DNA of 64,000 nucleotides from assembly GCF_006345805.1 (NCBI RefSeq), contig NC_043020.1:12090001-12154000 (forward strand). The letters run 5' to 3'. Shown piece after piece: positions 24,850 through 38,050 of the stretch (positions are counted from its first letter, which is position 1; the number at the start of each line of letters is the position of its first letter). Below the pieces are notes generated by a model. The model was not told the origin of the DNA, made no database searches, and saw nothing but the letters and a program-made list of their open reading frames with translations. The DNA comes from Octopus sinensis. Lineage: Eukaryota. The position numbers and the translations under genes were made by a program.

Positions 24850-25086
24850 GGATCTTTTCCTTTTGAACGGCACTTTGTAACATAATTTCTAGGTAACTAA
24901 AAAGTTCTAAACTTCGTATACTGGTAGAATGTGTTTATAAAACATCATTTTCTCTTGGTTTTATCGAGGAAAATCTATAGTTTTTTAAGATATTTCGTCT
25001 GAAATTTCGAGCATTTCGGCAATTTTACGAAGTTTTAAAGTGTTTAGTTAACTAGAAATTGTGTGCCGTTCAAAAGGAAAAGATCC
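24850..25086. mobile_element. Internally deleted GGATC-TIR MITE, 9-bp TSD tatttcta(t/c)
   Basis: ggatcttttccttttgaacggcac / gtgccgttcaaaaggaaaagatcc. Confidence 0.82.
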
Positions 25087-25489
25087 TATTTCTACTATAC
25101 TCAGGATATTTGCCTTCCTTTTTGCCCTCGTATTTATTGAATTTGCCAGGCTACAGCTATGTCATGTATTTTTACAATTGTCGCCAGTGAAATATCGACA
25201 AATGGGTTCCAATATGTAAAGATATTAATAATAAAGGGACAATGGCAGAGATAAAAGAAAAGGAACTCCAAGTAAAAAGTAATCGAGAGATAGGTGGGAA
25301 GACAGGAATGATAGGACAAAAATAATTATAATCACTATACGATATACTCCTCAATTTACTTATTAAATACTGATAATAATAATAATAAATAATAATTATT
25401 ATTATTATTACGGATATTAATTAAAAACTGCAAAATTTATTTATTTATATACAGAATGTTTTTGTGTCTGAATCGGTGTTGGTGGATGC

Positions 25490-25926
25490 TGACTTCCGGT
25501 ATAGCAATTCTTTTTTACTCTCCACGCAATGGTTACTCCCTTTCTCCCTTTAAACTCGATGCTTGACCTCCCCCACTTCCTGTGTAAGCCTTGTCTGCGT
25601 GACGGACACATGTGGTCACATAACTACAGGAATCTCTTTTCCCTCCCCTCTCTCTCTCTCTCTCTCTGTGTGTGTCTCTATCTCTCCCTCCTGTTACCAT
25701 TCCCCCATTCACGTAACTACTGTAGTAGTTGTCTCGCAGTCGTCCTAAACCATCATCATCAGCAATAACAACAACAACAGCAGAGGTACCGTTTGTTTGT
25801 TTCACCAGAAACGTCCATGAGGAATTCCTTCTTCGTCGTACACTTGTTTTGGTTTTTTTCGACCCTGTCCTCCTGTCAACTAAAACAATTAATGGTCTGC
25901 TACTTCCCTTTTTTACTCCATGACAG
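25490..25926 (+). promoter_or_regulatory. Putative UPF2 promoter and non-coding first exon
   Basis: ETS-type motif ACTTCCGG at 25492-25499, CpG-retaining unique sequence, CT-rich leader, and donor CAG|gtaacg at 25927. The link to UPF2 is inferred. Confidence 0.45.
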
Positions 25927-26622
25927 GTAACGCATATATATATATATATATTTATATACACAAACACAATTATTTACCTTCTGATTCCTCGTTTTTACAC
26001 GGCAGTTAATTAGCAAACATTGTGTTTTTTTTTAAATATTCGAATTGGTACCCCTTCCTTCGAGGCTATTTCGGGTAAGAATTGTGTTCGTGGTGGGTGA
26101 GAGAGAAAACCCGAGGGAGTGAATATCTATATCAAATGTACAAGTATCTTGTTTAACCCTTTGTCAAACTTACACACACATCCATCCCACATGGCTTTTG
26201 TATACATTTCTGGAAATTAATTTTACGATGTTACAGAGTGTTTAGTGTGCACCATTAATATTATAACTGGCAATCTTTTACATTGTTCATTCTGTCCTTC
26301 CTGTTTGAAGACGGTAGAATCTGATTTGAGGGAAGTTTGCTACTATTTCTCATATACAACGTACGAAGAGAGTCTCCGTTTTCTGTTCGTTCGGTACCTT
26401 CTATATATATTTCTCGGCGAGTGACATGTTTAAAACAAGCCGTTAGACGAAAAACGTGAAGTCCGACCAACTTTCCATATTAAAATTGACTCTATTTTTA
26501 GAATACAACTGTAAATATTCCGTCGTCATTCGTAAACGGGCTGTGAAATTATCTTCTTTTAACATGCATAAAACAAAGATACACCTCGGAAGTATGATAG
26601 TAATATAAACTAACAAACTCTC

Positions 26623-26657
<35 letters not shown>

Positions 26658-26973
26658 TTGAACCACATGCGTATTTATCGTTATGGTAAAATCTGGCGTG
26701 TGATTTGAGTGGATTTCATCCAGATAGTTTTGGGTGAGGAGCTACAAGTGAGTTATTGTGAGTAAAATTACATTTAATTCATTAATAGCGAAACAATTGT
26801 CCCAAAATAATCTGTATTTTTGTTATTGTTTATTTGCCCTGTTCGTGTGAGCTAACAATCGTGCTGACTTTCATGGGAAAGATTTATTTTGTGGTTGAAA
26901 CCTATCGGATCTATTTCCAGTGCTAGAGTGAGCCACATAGTGACCACTCTCTTATATATATATATAATATATA

Positions 26974-27015
<42 letters not shown>

Positions 27016-27692
27016 ATTAATCAATATAAGGGTAGCAAAAAATTCAATAGAAATTTATCGCCACCAGCGGTCTAGTGAGAAAGAGAAAATAGTCAAAGAC
27101 TATATATATAAATTCAACAACAATTGAGGAATGGCCTATTAAGGCCATTCCTCAATTGTTGTTGAATATATATATATATATACATTTCTTTACAACCCAC
27201 AAGGGGCTAAACACAGAGGGGACAAACAGGACAGACAAACAGATTAAGTTGATTACATCGACCCCAGTACGTAACTGGTGCTTAATTTATCGACCCCGAA
27301 AGGATGAAAGCAAAGTCGATACATATACATACATGCACACACAACAGAGCTACAACATGCAAGAAATTTAATGATATAAATTAACACGGGTCTTGAACGG
27401 GTACTTCTTTTTTTTGCTTTTCAGACACCTAATTCTACTGCTAATACGTTTAATATAAAGAATACACACACCCGGTGTTTAGGGTTAGGGTTACACCGAA
27501 AACGGTTACTGTGCGTATTCTTTACCTCCGCACATGTGTGTGTGTGTGTATATATCATTTTGTTCGACGTTGTTTTTGGTGTCCTGTACCCATATACGCA
27601 TGTATATATACATGTAGATGTAGGTACGTACATATATGTATGTATATATGCATATGTTTTATTTATTAATTTGTTTGTATACACACACACAT

Positions 27693-27731
<39 letters not shown>

Positions 27732-27844
27732 AAATTTTTTTATTGTATCCCTGGTTTTTTATACGCTAAGCCACTTGGTGTTAAATTGATGGTATTATTG
27801 AATTAATATCTAATTTTTCACCCTTATTTGTAATATTGTGTATA

Positions 27845-28228
27845 TCTCTCTCTATATAAACGGCAGTTTGTCTGTGTGTGTGTCTGTGTGTCTGTCAGGT
27901 TGTACCCTCACACTGACCACGGCTTTCAACCGATTCTGATGAAACTTGACACACACATAGCCCAATGTCATAATTCAAAACTAACGCAGCGAAAATTTTG
28001 AAAAGTTCCCCCAGTTCTGAAAAAAATCGATAAATTCGACATGGGGTCGAGAATAAGAAACCCAAACCACAGACCGTCTAGGGGACGCAACTCCACCTTT
28101 TTTAACTCTAAAAAAAAATTTACCATCATTTTTTTTCCATTTTTTTGCTATTTTTTGGCTATAACTCTCTAAAAATGCTTTATAGTTATTTCCCTTACAA
28201 ACCTGAGCAACGCCGGGCGATACTGCTA

Positions 28229-28229
<1 letters not shown>
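27845..28229 (+). mobile_element. Helitron-type element; shares its 3' end with 572-965 but has a different 5' end
   Basis: 5' TC..tatataaacggc; 3' cctgagcaacgccgggcgatactgCTAG|T. Confidence 0.78.
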
Positions 28230-28275
<46 letters not shown>

Positions 28276-28293
28276 GTGTGTGTGTGTGTGTGG

Positions 28294-28600
28294 TGAAGGC
28301 GCGTGGCCCAGTAGTTAGAGCGTCGGGCTCATTATCAGGAGTGAGTTCGATTCCCGGGCTGTGTGTTGTATTCTTGAGTAAGACATTTTATTTCACGTTG
28401 CTTCAGAAATGAGTTGTCACGTCGCTGGTGCCCAGCTGTATCAACCTTTGCTTTTCTCTTGCATAACATCGGTGGCGTGGAGAGGGGGGAGGCTGGTATG
28501 CATGGTTTTACTGCTGGTCTTCCATAATCCACCTTGCCTTGGAGGGGGGAACTTTCTAGACGCAATCCAATCGTCAGTCACTATACCGAAGGAAGTCTTT
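28294..28600 (+). mobile_element. SINE family E
   Basis: tRNA-like head tgaaggcgcgtggcccagtagttagagc...gagttcgattccc. Confidence 0.82.
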
Positions 28601-28858
28601 ACCATATATATTTACCAGAAAGGATTGAGAGGAAAAAAAAAAGTGTGCAGGGATTAACAGTTTAACCTGAAGTATTTATATTGTAAAACATAGGTCACCA
28701 CTATTTCATGAACCTGAAGATTGCATAGTTTAATGCATGAAAGTACTAGTTCAATCAGAATAGACATTTAATATTCTATCATTTCGTTATATTATATTAT
28801 AAGATTGTAAATAAAATGTGAAAATCAAAGTGGGAATTTCTTTATATATATATATATA

Positions 28859-29115
28859 TCATCATCATCATCATCATCGTTTAACGTCCGTTTTCCGTGC
28901 TAGCACGGGTTGGACGGTTCGACCGGGGTCTGGGAAGCCAGGGGCTGCACCAGGCTCCAGTCTGATCTGGCAATGTTTCTACAGCTGGATGCCCTTCCTA
29001 ACGCCAACCACTCCGTGAGTGTAGTGGGTGCTTTTTACGTGCCACCTGCACTGGTGCCAGGCGAGGCTGGCATCGGCCACGGTCAGATTGGTGCATTTTA
29101 CGTGCCACCTGCACG
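28859..29115 (-). mobile_element. SINE family D
   Basis: Family match. Confidence 0.9.
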
Positions 29116-29974
29116 ATATATATATTTCATCATGTTGTGCTGTTAATCCTTGCACATTTTTCTTTCTCGTTTTTTTTTGCTTTCTCTTTAATCCTTTCTG
29201 TCAAAGAGCATAGGCTTGAAACGTCAAAGACTTTTCTATTCTTCCTGGATGTTAAACTAAAATGCTTGTTGTTCTTTCACCTGCCTTTGTTTTTCATTTT
29301 CTGTAAATTTGAACTGTATGTGTTCAGCTATATATCCTCATCATTTAATGTCTTTTTTCCTTGCTGGCATGGGTTGGATGATTGGACAGGAGCTAGCAAT
29401 CCAGGGGACTGCACCAAGCTCCATGGTCTGTTTTGGCATGGTATTTGTGGCTGGATGTCCTTCCCTAAACACCAACAACTTTACTGAGTGGACTGGGTAC
29501 CTTCACATGGCACCAGCACTAGCAAAATCTGTTTTGGCATGGTTTTTATAGCTGGTTGCCCTTCCAAATGCCAACCACTTTACAGTGAGAACTGAATGCT
29601 TTCTGTGTGGCACCAGCACTGGCAAGGTTACCAAGTAACTTGCAAAACAAAGATCCTTTGAGAGGGGTGGTCGTATTAGAAGATGACTTTGTACCAGATG
29701 ATGAGAGATTAGAGTATGACGTCTTGCAGTAGGAAATACATGGCTACCCTAGTCAGAAGTGGAGAGAGAGATAGTGGGATGTGTCAGTGCACTCTTAAGG
29801 TACTGGGGCAAGAATATAAATTGGATGGTAGGGCATTGCTAAAGGTGCATGAATATAAAAAGAGGAGGGAAGTGGGGAGAATGCAGTGACTGGTGAAACC
29901 TGGGTATAAGGATGGGGAGACAATGGCAGTGAGGATAGGATTGAGCTGTAGGAGGGGGGAGGGAGAGATAAGCA

Positions 29975-30360
29975 TCATCATCATCATCATCGTTTAAAGC
30001 CCACTTTCCATGCTAGCATGGGTTGGACGATTTTGACTGAGGGCTGGCAAACCAGATGGCTGCACCAGGCTCCAATTTTGATCTGGCAGAGTTTCTACAG
30101 CTGGATGCCCTTCCTAACGTCAACCACTCCGAGAGTGTAGTGGGTGCTTTTTAACGTGCCACCGGCACGGGTGCCAGTCAGGCGGTACTGGCAATGACCT
30201 CGCTCGAATCTTTTTACACATGCCACCGGCACAGGTGCCAGTGAAGCGATGTTGGTAACGATCACGCTTGAATGGTGCCCTTTTACGTGCCACAGGTACA
30301 GAAGCCAGTTGGCTACTCTGGCAACGATCACGCTTGGATGGTACTCTTGGCACCCTTGTA
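29975..30360 (-). mobile_element. SINE family D variant
   Basis: (CAT)n tail and different internal repeat units. Confidence 0.85.
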
Positions 30361-30929
30361 CATGTAAAAGGGGAAATGTGACAAGGAAGAGAGGGGGTGA
30401 TGTAGTTTGGTTTATGAGGGTAGGGTGTGTGAAAAATTTTGATTCTACATGTAGTTGGAACACACAGTGCTTCTAAAATTGAGTTTTGCTGAGGAGGGCA
30501 GGTTTTCTCAAGAACCTTATATTGCCGGTCATCTCATTCCATAGTCATCTCTTCTGAGGCTCAACATCCTGAAATTGGTCCACACCACTTCATCCCATGT
30601 CTTTCTCTTCCACAGTTGCCATCTACTTTAAGTAGTCAGCACTTCTCTTCTAGTCTATGCATGTCTTCTGCATCCAGATCCCATGTCACTCTACCGTGAA
30701 GTATAGCTGTTCATATGCAAGTATCATAGAATCTGCCTTTCAGTCTGGGAGAGAGAGTTCTTGTGCTGCCAACAGAAGTAAAAGTTCTCTTTTTCATTGC
30801 ATTCTTATGCTAGCAACATTACTTGGAGAACATCCTCCAGCACTGCTGATTTGGTCACCTAGGTAACAGAAACTATCTACAACATCAAGAGAGCCTCTTG
30901 GGCATTTGATATATACATATGCATATATG

Positions 30930-30981
<52 letters not shown>

Positions 30982-31029
30982 TCGTTTAACGTCCGCTTTC
31001 CATGACGTTAAACGATGATGAAAAAAACC

Positions 31030-31240
31030 CACTATTATGCAATTCAAACAATGATAGACATCAGCCAAATCATAAATAAAAACTAAAATATATTTTTATA
31101 AAACATTATAAAAATGAATAATCAATATATTATTCATTTTTGTACTTTTTGTGATCTAGTTAAATGTTTTATAAAAATATATTAAAATTTTTATTTATGA
31201 TTTGGTTTACGTCTATCATTGTTTGAATTGCATAATAGTG
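31030..31240. mobile_element. AT-rich fold-back MITE (about 70-bp inverted arms)
   Basis: cactattatgcaattcaaacaatgatagac / gtctatcattgtttgaattgcataatagtg. Confidence 0.75.
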
Positions 31241-31347
31241 TTTTTTTTCTCTAATTAATATGCTATATATTTATCTTGTGAAATTTGATTTAATACTAAA
31301 TTGAATTTTTCCCTGTAAGTTTGGAGTTATACTCCCTAATATTATTA

Positions 31348-31610
31348 TTTGGTAGACAGAAACTGAAAGAAGCCTGTCGTATATATATATGTGTGTGAGT
31401 GTCTGTGTTTATCCCCCTAGCATTGCTTGACAACCGATGCTGGTGTGTTTATGTCCCCGTTACTTAGCGGTTCGGCAAAAGAGACCGATAGAATAAGTAC
31501 TGGGCTTACAAAGAATAAGTCCCAGGGTCGAGTTGCTCGATTAAAGACGGTCCTCGAGCATGGCCGCAGTCAAATGACTGAAACAAGTAAAAGAGTAAGA
31601 GTAAAGAGTA
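31348..31610 (+). mobile_element. SINE family C, 5'-truncated
   Basis: Family match. Confidence 0.88.
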
Positions 31611-31969
31611 TAGTTGGATAATTTTACTTTCTCCAGAATTATGCTCACCAGAACTGGTTGTACTTGATTTGGGAATGCCAACATGGTTCTCAAAACATTA
31701 AACAATTTAATAGCTTTAGTGACTGTACTCCGGCAATTTATCCTCATGGGAAATCAAATAGGGTATGCATTTTAACTTGCGTAAATATAAATATCTGAAA
31801 AAAAAAAATACTGAGCTATGTTATGATATGTAGTAAGAGGCATACCTAATACATATGAACACAAATATACAGATTTGAATAGTTTTGATTTTGTCACATT
31901 GCCAATAAAAAAAGCTTACATTATTTTGGCCAACTCCTGTATATGTATGTGTGTGTGTATATATATATA

Positions 31970-32500
31970 TAATGTGACCGCGTGTATACCGTTGGCGATT
32001 TTTTTTTTTTTTTTTCCTCTGTCTTCCCTTCTCTGGATCTTTCCTTCTCCTATGTTTCTGACAAAGAGCTCCGCTCGAAACGTTAAACCCTCCTTCTTTC
32101 CTGAGCATCCAATAATACTATATTTGTTCCACGTCCTCTCGTTGTTGTGTTTTTTTGTGCTTTCATGTTTGGATTAACTATATATAGTTAATTGCTACGA
32201 TGATCCGGTTCTTGACTGAAGATTGAGGGCTTCGAATGTCCCGTCCGTGTTTTTTGTATCGTCTTCTAAGTGTTTTGCGTTCTTGTCCCAGTTTGTATTT
32301 TTTTTCTACATATAATAATAATAATAATAATAATATATATATATATAGGGAGAGTTTATGAAAAAAACAAAAGATGAAGACAGGTGGTGTATAACGCTCA
32401 GGAATAGAAAACGTCTTTTACGTTTCGAGCCTACACTCTTCTACAGAAAGGGACACAGAAAAAACACGGAGAGAAAAAAATGTGTGTAGTGGCTAACATA
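31970..32500. mobile_element. Oppositely oriented Penelope-type terminal repeats with hammerhead-like motifs
   Basis: + strand 32054-32088 gtttctgacaaagagctccgctcgaaacgttaaac; - strand about 32415-32450 ctttctgtagaagagtgtaggctcgaaacgtaaaag; the + repeat recurs at 45850-46060. Confidence 0.6.
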
Positions 32501-32519
32501 CATGTATATATATGTGTAG

Positions 32520-33195
32520 GGTGTGATGAATAAATTGTTGTCTAAATTATACAAAAATGAAAAACAACTGACACCTCATTTTAACAGATATATTTACCAA
32601 AATTACATAAAAATATCTTGAAATACTAAAAAGTAAATTTATTCAATAAAATTGCCATTAGCTTTTACCATGGTCTCCAGATGACTTCGGAATCTTCTGC
32701 AACTCTTCTGGATGGTCTCCTTGTTTTGTTTAACCCTTTAGTGTTTAAACTGGCCAAATCCGGCCCAATATATTCTACATGTTTTATATTCAAACTGTCT
32801 AGCCTCTCACACCTAACCTACAATGCCATTCTAAAAATAAGTAATCACATCATTGAAACCTCAAAGCTGTAAGATGATCCAGGATTAATTCAAAACATTT
32901 GAGTGAATAAGTATTACATTTAACAGAGTAATCTGAACACTAAAGGGTTAAGTTGGTGAATGCTGACATAATACTTGCTTTCAGTTCATCTTCGGTGTTA
33001 CAAGGAATTTTGTTGGTCTCTCGCTCACCTGCTCCCTACACATGATAACCAAGGAAGTTGCAGTCTGGGGAGTTAGGTGGCCAGATGTTTCCCAATGTTT
33101 CACTGCTGCGGTTGTTTGGAACCTCTGTATTAGATGTTCCAAGTTCAATAGGATACTTAGCCAAAATGGATCTACAGGGTAACAAATGATATAAA
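32520..33195 (-). mobile_element. Tc1/mariner-superfamily 3' remnant with nested piggyBac MITE family 2 (32730-32951)
   Basis: - strand NIWPPNSPDCN..YHV.GAGERETNK..CNTEDELKA, then ETIQKSCRRFRSHLETMVKANGNFIE*; MITE has TTAA-CCCTTTAG TIRs. Confidence 0.75.
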
Positions 33196-33200
33196 CTTGT

Positions 33201-33598
33201 CATCATCATCATCATCGTTTAATGTCCGCTTTCCATGCTAGCATGGGTTGGACGGTTCAACTGGGGTCTGGGAAGCCCGAAGGTTGCACCGGGCCAGTCA
33301 GATCTGGCAGTGTTTCTACAGTTGGATGCCCTTCCTAATGCCAACCACTCCGTGAGTGTAGTGGGTGCTTTTTATGTGCTACCTACACAGGTGCCAGACG
33401 AGGCTGGTGAACGGCCACGCTCGGATAGTGCTTTTTATGTGCCACCAGCACAGAGGCCAGGAGAGGCTGGCAGCGGCCACGATCGGATGGTGTTTGTTAC
33501 GTGCCAACAGCACGGAGGCCAGTCGATGCGGTGCTGGCTACGGCCACGTTCGGATGGTTCTCTTATGTGCCACAACTACAAATTCCATTGATGTTGAT
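33201..33598 (-). mobile_element. SINE family D
   Basis: Family match. Confidence 0.9.
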
Positions 33599-33753
33599 AT
33601 CATAATTTTCCCTGTACATACTAAGTACAGTAGTAGCCACACCACTGTACTGGAAGCAGACTAGATGGTGATATTCTACATGGAACTTTAAATTCAATTG
33701 TAGCATTTTACATCTAACTGTGCACACTAGATATAATATATTATACATATACA

Positions 33754-34158
33754 TACTCTTTACTTGTTTCAGTCATTTGACTGTGGCTATGCTGGAGCAC
33801 CGCCTTTAGTCGAGCAACTCGACGCCGGGACCTATTCTTTTTGTAAGCCCAGTACTTATTCTATCGGTCTCTTTTTTGCCGAACCGCTAAGTGACGGAGA
33901 CGTAAACACACCAGCATCGGTTGTCAAGCAATGCTAGGGGGACAAACACAAACACACAAACACACACACATACATATATATATACACATATATACGACAG
34001 GCTTCTTTCAGTTTCCGTCTACCAAATCCACTCACAAGGCATTGGTCAGCCCGGGGCTATAGCAGAAGACACTTGCCCAAGATGCCACGCAGTGGGACTG
34101 AACCCGGAACCATGTGGTTGGTTAGCAAGCTACTTACCACACAGCCATTCCTGCGCCT
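33754..34158 (-). mobile_element. SINE family C, full length
   Basis: Family match. Confidence 0.92.
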
Positions 34159-34421
34159 ATACATATGTACTTTTTTTTTTATTAATGCTACAAAAACATC
34201 ACAAAATAGCTGCTACTCAGAGTATCATATTCCTGTTCATTGGGGAACAACTGTCTGACAAATGGGAAAGTGAAACTCATGAGTAGCAGTTGTTTTTGTG
34301 TTGTTTTTGCAGCTTTAATAAAAAAAGCATATTCCTCTACCCTTGGTATTCCAAGTACTATTTTTTTTCTACTGTGTTTTGCATTTATGTGCTTACTCGT
34401 GTTTGCGTGTGTATATATATA

Positions 34422-34652
34422 GGGCGGCGAGCTGGCAGAAACGTTAGCGCGCCAGGCGAAATGTTTAGCGGTATTTCGTCTGTTGTTACGTTCTGAGTTC
34501 AAATTCCGCCGAGGTCAACTTTGCCTTTCATCCTTTCGGGGTCGATAAATAAAGAACCAGTTTCGCACTGGGGTCGATGTAATTGACTTAATCCGTTTGT
34601 CTGTCCTTCTTTGTCCCCTCTATGTTTAGCCCCTTGTGGGTAGTAAAGAAAT
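34422..34652 (+). mobile_element. SINE family B
   Basis: Family match. Confidence 0.9.
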
Positions 34653-34679
34653 ATATATATATATGTGTATGTATGTATG

Positions 34680-34712
<33 letters not shown>

Positions 34713-34714
<2 letters not shown>

Positions 34715-35000
34715 GAAGATGCATGGCTCGGTGGTTAGAGCATCGAGCTTACGATCGTGAGGTTGTGAGTTTGAATCCCGGACTGGACTACGTGTTGTGT
34801 TCTTGAGCAAGACGCTTTATTTCACGTTGCTCCAGTTAAACTCAGCTCTAGAAATGAGTTGTGACGTTACAGGTGCCAAGCTGTATCGGCCTTCGCCTTT
34901 CCCTTGGATAACATTGGTGGCATGGAGTGGGGAGGCTGGTATGCATGGGTAACTTTCTAGGTGCAATCCCATGGTCATTCATGACCGAAGGGGGTCTCAA
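34713..35000 (+). mobile_element. SINE family E
   Basis: Family match. Confidence 0.82.
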
Positions 35001-35010
35001 GTAATTATGA

Positions 35011-35275
35011 ATAAGGGCAAAAAGAAAAAAAATTCTTTGCTACCATGCTGAAAAATAGATGCTAAATCATCTAACCACATAAAATATTTTCACATATTAT
35101 TACAGCAATTGTTGAAACGAGGTATAACTATATTTTTATGAATTTGTGTTAGCTTACTTTCCTCATTTTGACATGTGGCGTAATCATATGAGTAAAAACA
35201 TTTTATGTGGTTAGACGATTTAGTGTCTATTTTGCAGCATATTGGCAAAGAAAATTTTTTTCTTTTTGCCCTTAT
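35011..35275. mobile_element. Fold-back MITE (about 85-bp imperfect TIRs)
   Basis: ataagggcaaaaagaaaaaaaattctttgc / gcaaagaaaattttttttctttttgcccttat. Confidence 0.75.
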
Positions 35276-35383
35276 TTATTGTATTTATAATTTTCACCTT
35301 AAAAGGTATTTTTCATATGCTGACCACTGGTAAATTTTTAAAATAAAATTTTATCCTTATATTAGAAGTATATATATATATAT

Positions 35384-35435
<52 letters not shown>

Positions 35436-35588
35436 CATAGCGTGGAATGTTGAAGTGAATCTAACGGTTTTTGTGTGTTTCTTAAATGGCTTATAAACAC
35501 CTTCCACGCTGCAATTGTTTCCAGCACACAATCTCAGATCAAGTCACTTGCTATGCAAGTACATCTCTGTAATATATATGTATATATA

Positions 35589-35639
<51 letters not shown>

Positions 35640-36401
35640 TATTCTAAGTTCTACTGTAATTAAACAACCCTCCCTCCTTTCACTAACTGAAGTTCTTTAA
35701 GTTCGTTTAAAATTTTCGTTAGTCTTTATCAGGGTCCATCTATCTTTTGATTTGCTACTCTATAATGAGTCTTCCTGCCCCTGGATACATTTATTATTTA
35801 ACTCTTTGAAATGATTTATAATCTGCAAAATGTATATCTCTTATTGATAATCTTGCTATTTCAGTGTGTGTCTGGCCTTGTTCTAGATTAGCATTATTTC
35901 CATTGGTTGTTGCTTTTACGTCCATGCTATCCCTCACTGAGTAGACCTGTCATAGTCCACAACATCCCTCTCATTTTGACACAGTATGTCTAGGAGTACA
36001 TTATTCAGCGTTTCTTTTTATAAAGACTGTAAGTTGGAATTTGTGCCAGATTTGACTATTAGTTTTAGTGACCATATGTAATCTTTCTCATAGTGAGTTC
36101 TCATTAAAGCTGGTAATTCCCATGAGTAAATGAAGGAGGCTGTGTGTGGTTGCTCAGCCTGCTAAATACAACAGTCAGAACTGCTTCAGGTCACAAGATG
36201 AGGTAATATATAGTGTATATGCTGGTGTATGAGTTGCACTCTTGCATTAAACCCCATCACCATTTTACAAGTATAGTTTGTGGAAAAAACAAATGTATGT
36301 TTCATCATGTACATATTGAAAAAATATTTTTATGTGGTTTTGTAAAGAAAATGTATGATTCTGTGCTTGTAAGTACAATATTATGACTGTATATTAGAAT
36401 A

Positions 36402-36782
36402 GTGGAGGTGCAATGGCCCAGTGGTTAGGGCAGCGGACTCGCGGTCATAGGATCGCGGTTTCAATTCCCAGACCGGGCGTTGTGAGTGTTTATTGAGCGA
36501 AAACACCTAAAGCTCCACGTGGCTCCGGCAGGGGATGGTGGTGATCCCTGCTGTACTCTTTCACAACTTTCTCTCACTCTTACTTCCTGTTTCTGTTGTA
36601 CCTGTATTTCAAAGGGCCGGCCTTGTCACTCTCTGTGTCACGCTGAATATCCCCGAGAACTACGTTAAGGGTACACGTGTCTGTGGAGTGCTCAGCCACT
36701 TACATGTTAATTTCACGAGCAGGCTGTTCCGTTGATTCGGATCAACCGGAACCCTCGTCGTTGTAACCGACGGAGTGCTTCC
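36402..36782 (+). mobile_element. SINE family A, TSD atattagaata
   Basis: 11-bp duplication; full length. Confidence 0.93.
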
Positions 36783-37133
36783 ATATTAGAATAAAATATG
36801 AAACCGTAAATAAACTACATTGTGGAAGTACCTGTAGTAATACAGTTTTCAAGATATAGAATCTAGAAACTGAATTCCTTGTCTGGTAACCACATATGGT
36901 ACAGAGATTATGTACCATACTTTGTAGTGAGCTTGTTGGTGTGAGGAGGTTTGTATGTTGTAACTAGATTGACAAAAATGAAGTAATTTACTGACAAGAC
37001 TGCAATATTATTACACCACAGAGTACCAGCACCCTCTCTCATGAGCAAGGTGTAATCTTCTGACTTGTCTACATGGGCAGCGCCATCGAAAAGTTTGGTG
37101 TCCCATCCAACCCATTCCAGCATGCAAAGTGGT

Positions 37134-37359
37134 TTAACCCTTTCATTACCAACCCGGCTGAAACCGGCTCTGGTTCTGAATACAAATGTCTTGTTTTCAT
37201 AAGTTTCCAATTAAAATCTTTCACCAAACTTTAGTCACAATTTACGTTCCTAACACTAGCTTAACGATAACCAAGTTATTTTACTGAATTCTTTGTTATA
37301 TTTAAAGTAATTGAAAGAAATACAGAGCATCTCAAAATATATAGTAACGAAAGGGTTAA
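37134..37359. mobile_element. piggyBac MITE family 1
   Basis: TTAA-flanked TIRs. Confidence 0.88.
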
Positions 37360-37574
37360 AACAGTGATGATAGGTGTGTGTGTGTGTGTATGTATACATA
37401 TGTAGATGTATTTATGTATCTGTGTGTGTGCATATATATAAATATAAATACATCTATACATACAGAATGCGCGTGTTTTTAAGATTTTGTATTACAGCTC
37501 ACATAATTAGCCTTCTGTTATGAGAATCACAGATGTCCAGTTTGATAAGTAGCAAATTACCAGCTAAATAGTTC

Positions 37575-37660
37575 ATAGTTTGTGTTTGTTTGTGTGTGTG
37601 TATATATATATATATCTGTGTGTGTGTGGGTGTGTGTATATATGTGTGCGTATATATATG

Positions 37661-37711
<51 letters not shown>

Positions 37712-37716
37712 ATATA

Positions 37717-37747
<31 letters not shown>

Positions 37748-37758
37748 ATATATATGTG

Positions 37759-37789
<31 letters not shown>

Positions 37790-37943
37790 ATATATGTGTG
37801 TGGTGTGTGTGTGTATATATATGTGTGAGTGTGTGTGTGTATATATGTGTGTGTGTGTGTGTGTATATATATGTGTGTGTGTGTGTATATATATGTGTGT
37901 GTATATATATATATGTGTGTGTGTGTGTATATATATGTGTGTG

Positions 37944-37974
<31 letters not shown>

Positions 37975-38013
37975 ATATATATGTGTGTGTATATATATAT
38001 ATATATGTGTGTG

Positions 38014-38046
<33 letters not shown>

Positions 38047-38050
38047 ATCC
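37575..38050. repeat. Long compound (TG)n(TA)n microsatellite
   Basis: Seen directly in the sequence. Confidence 0.95.
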
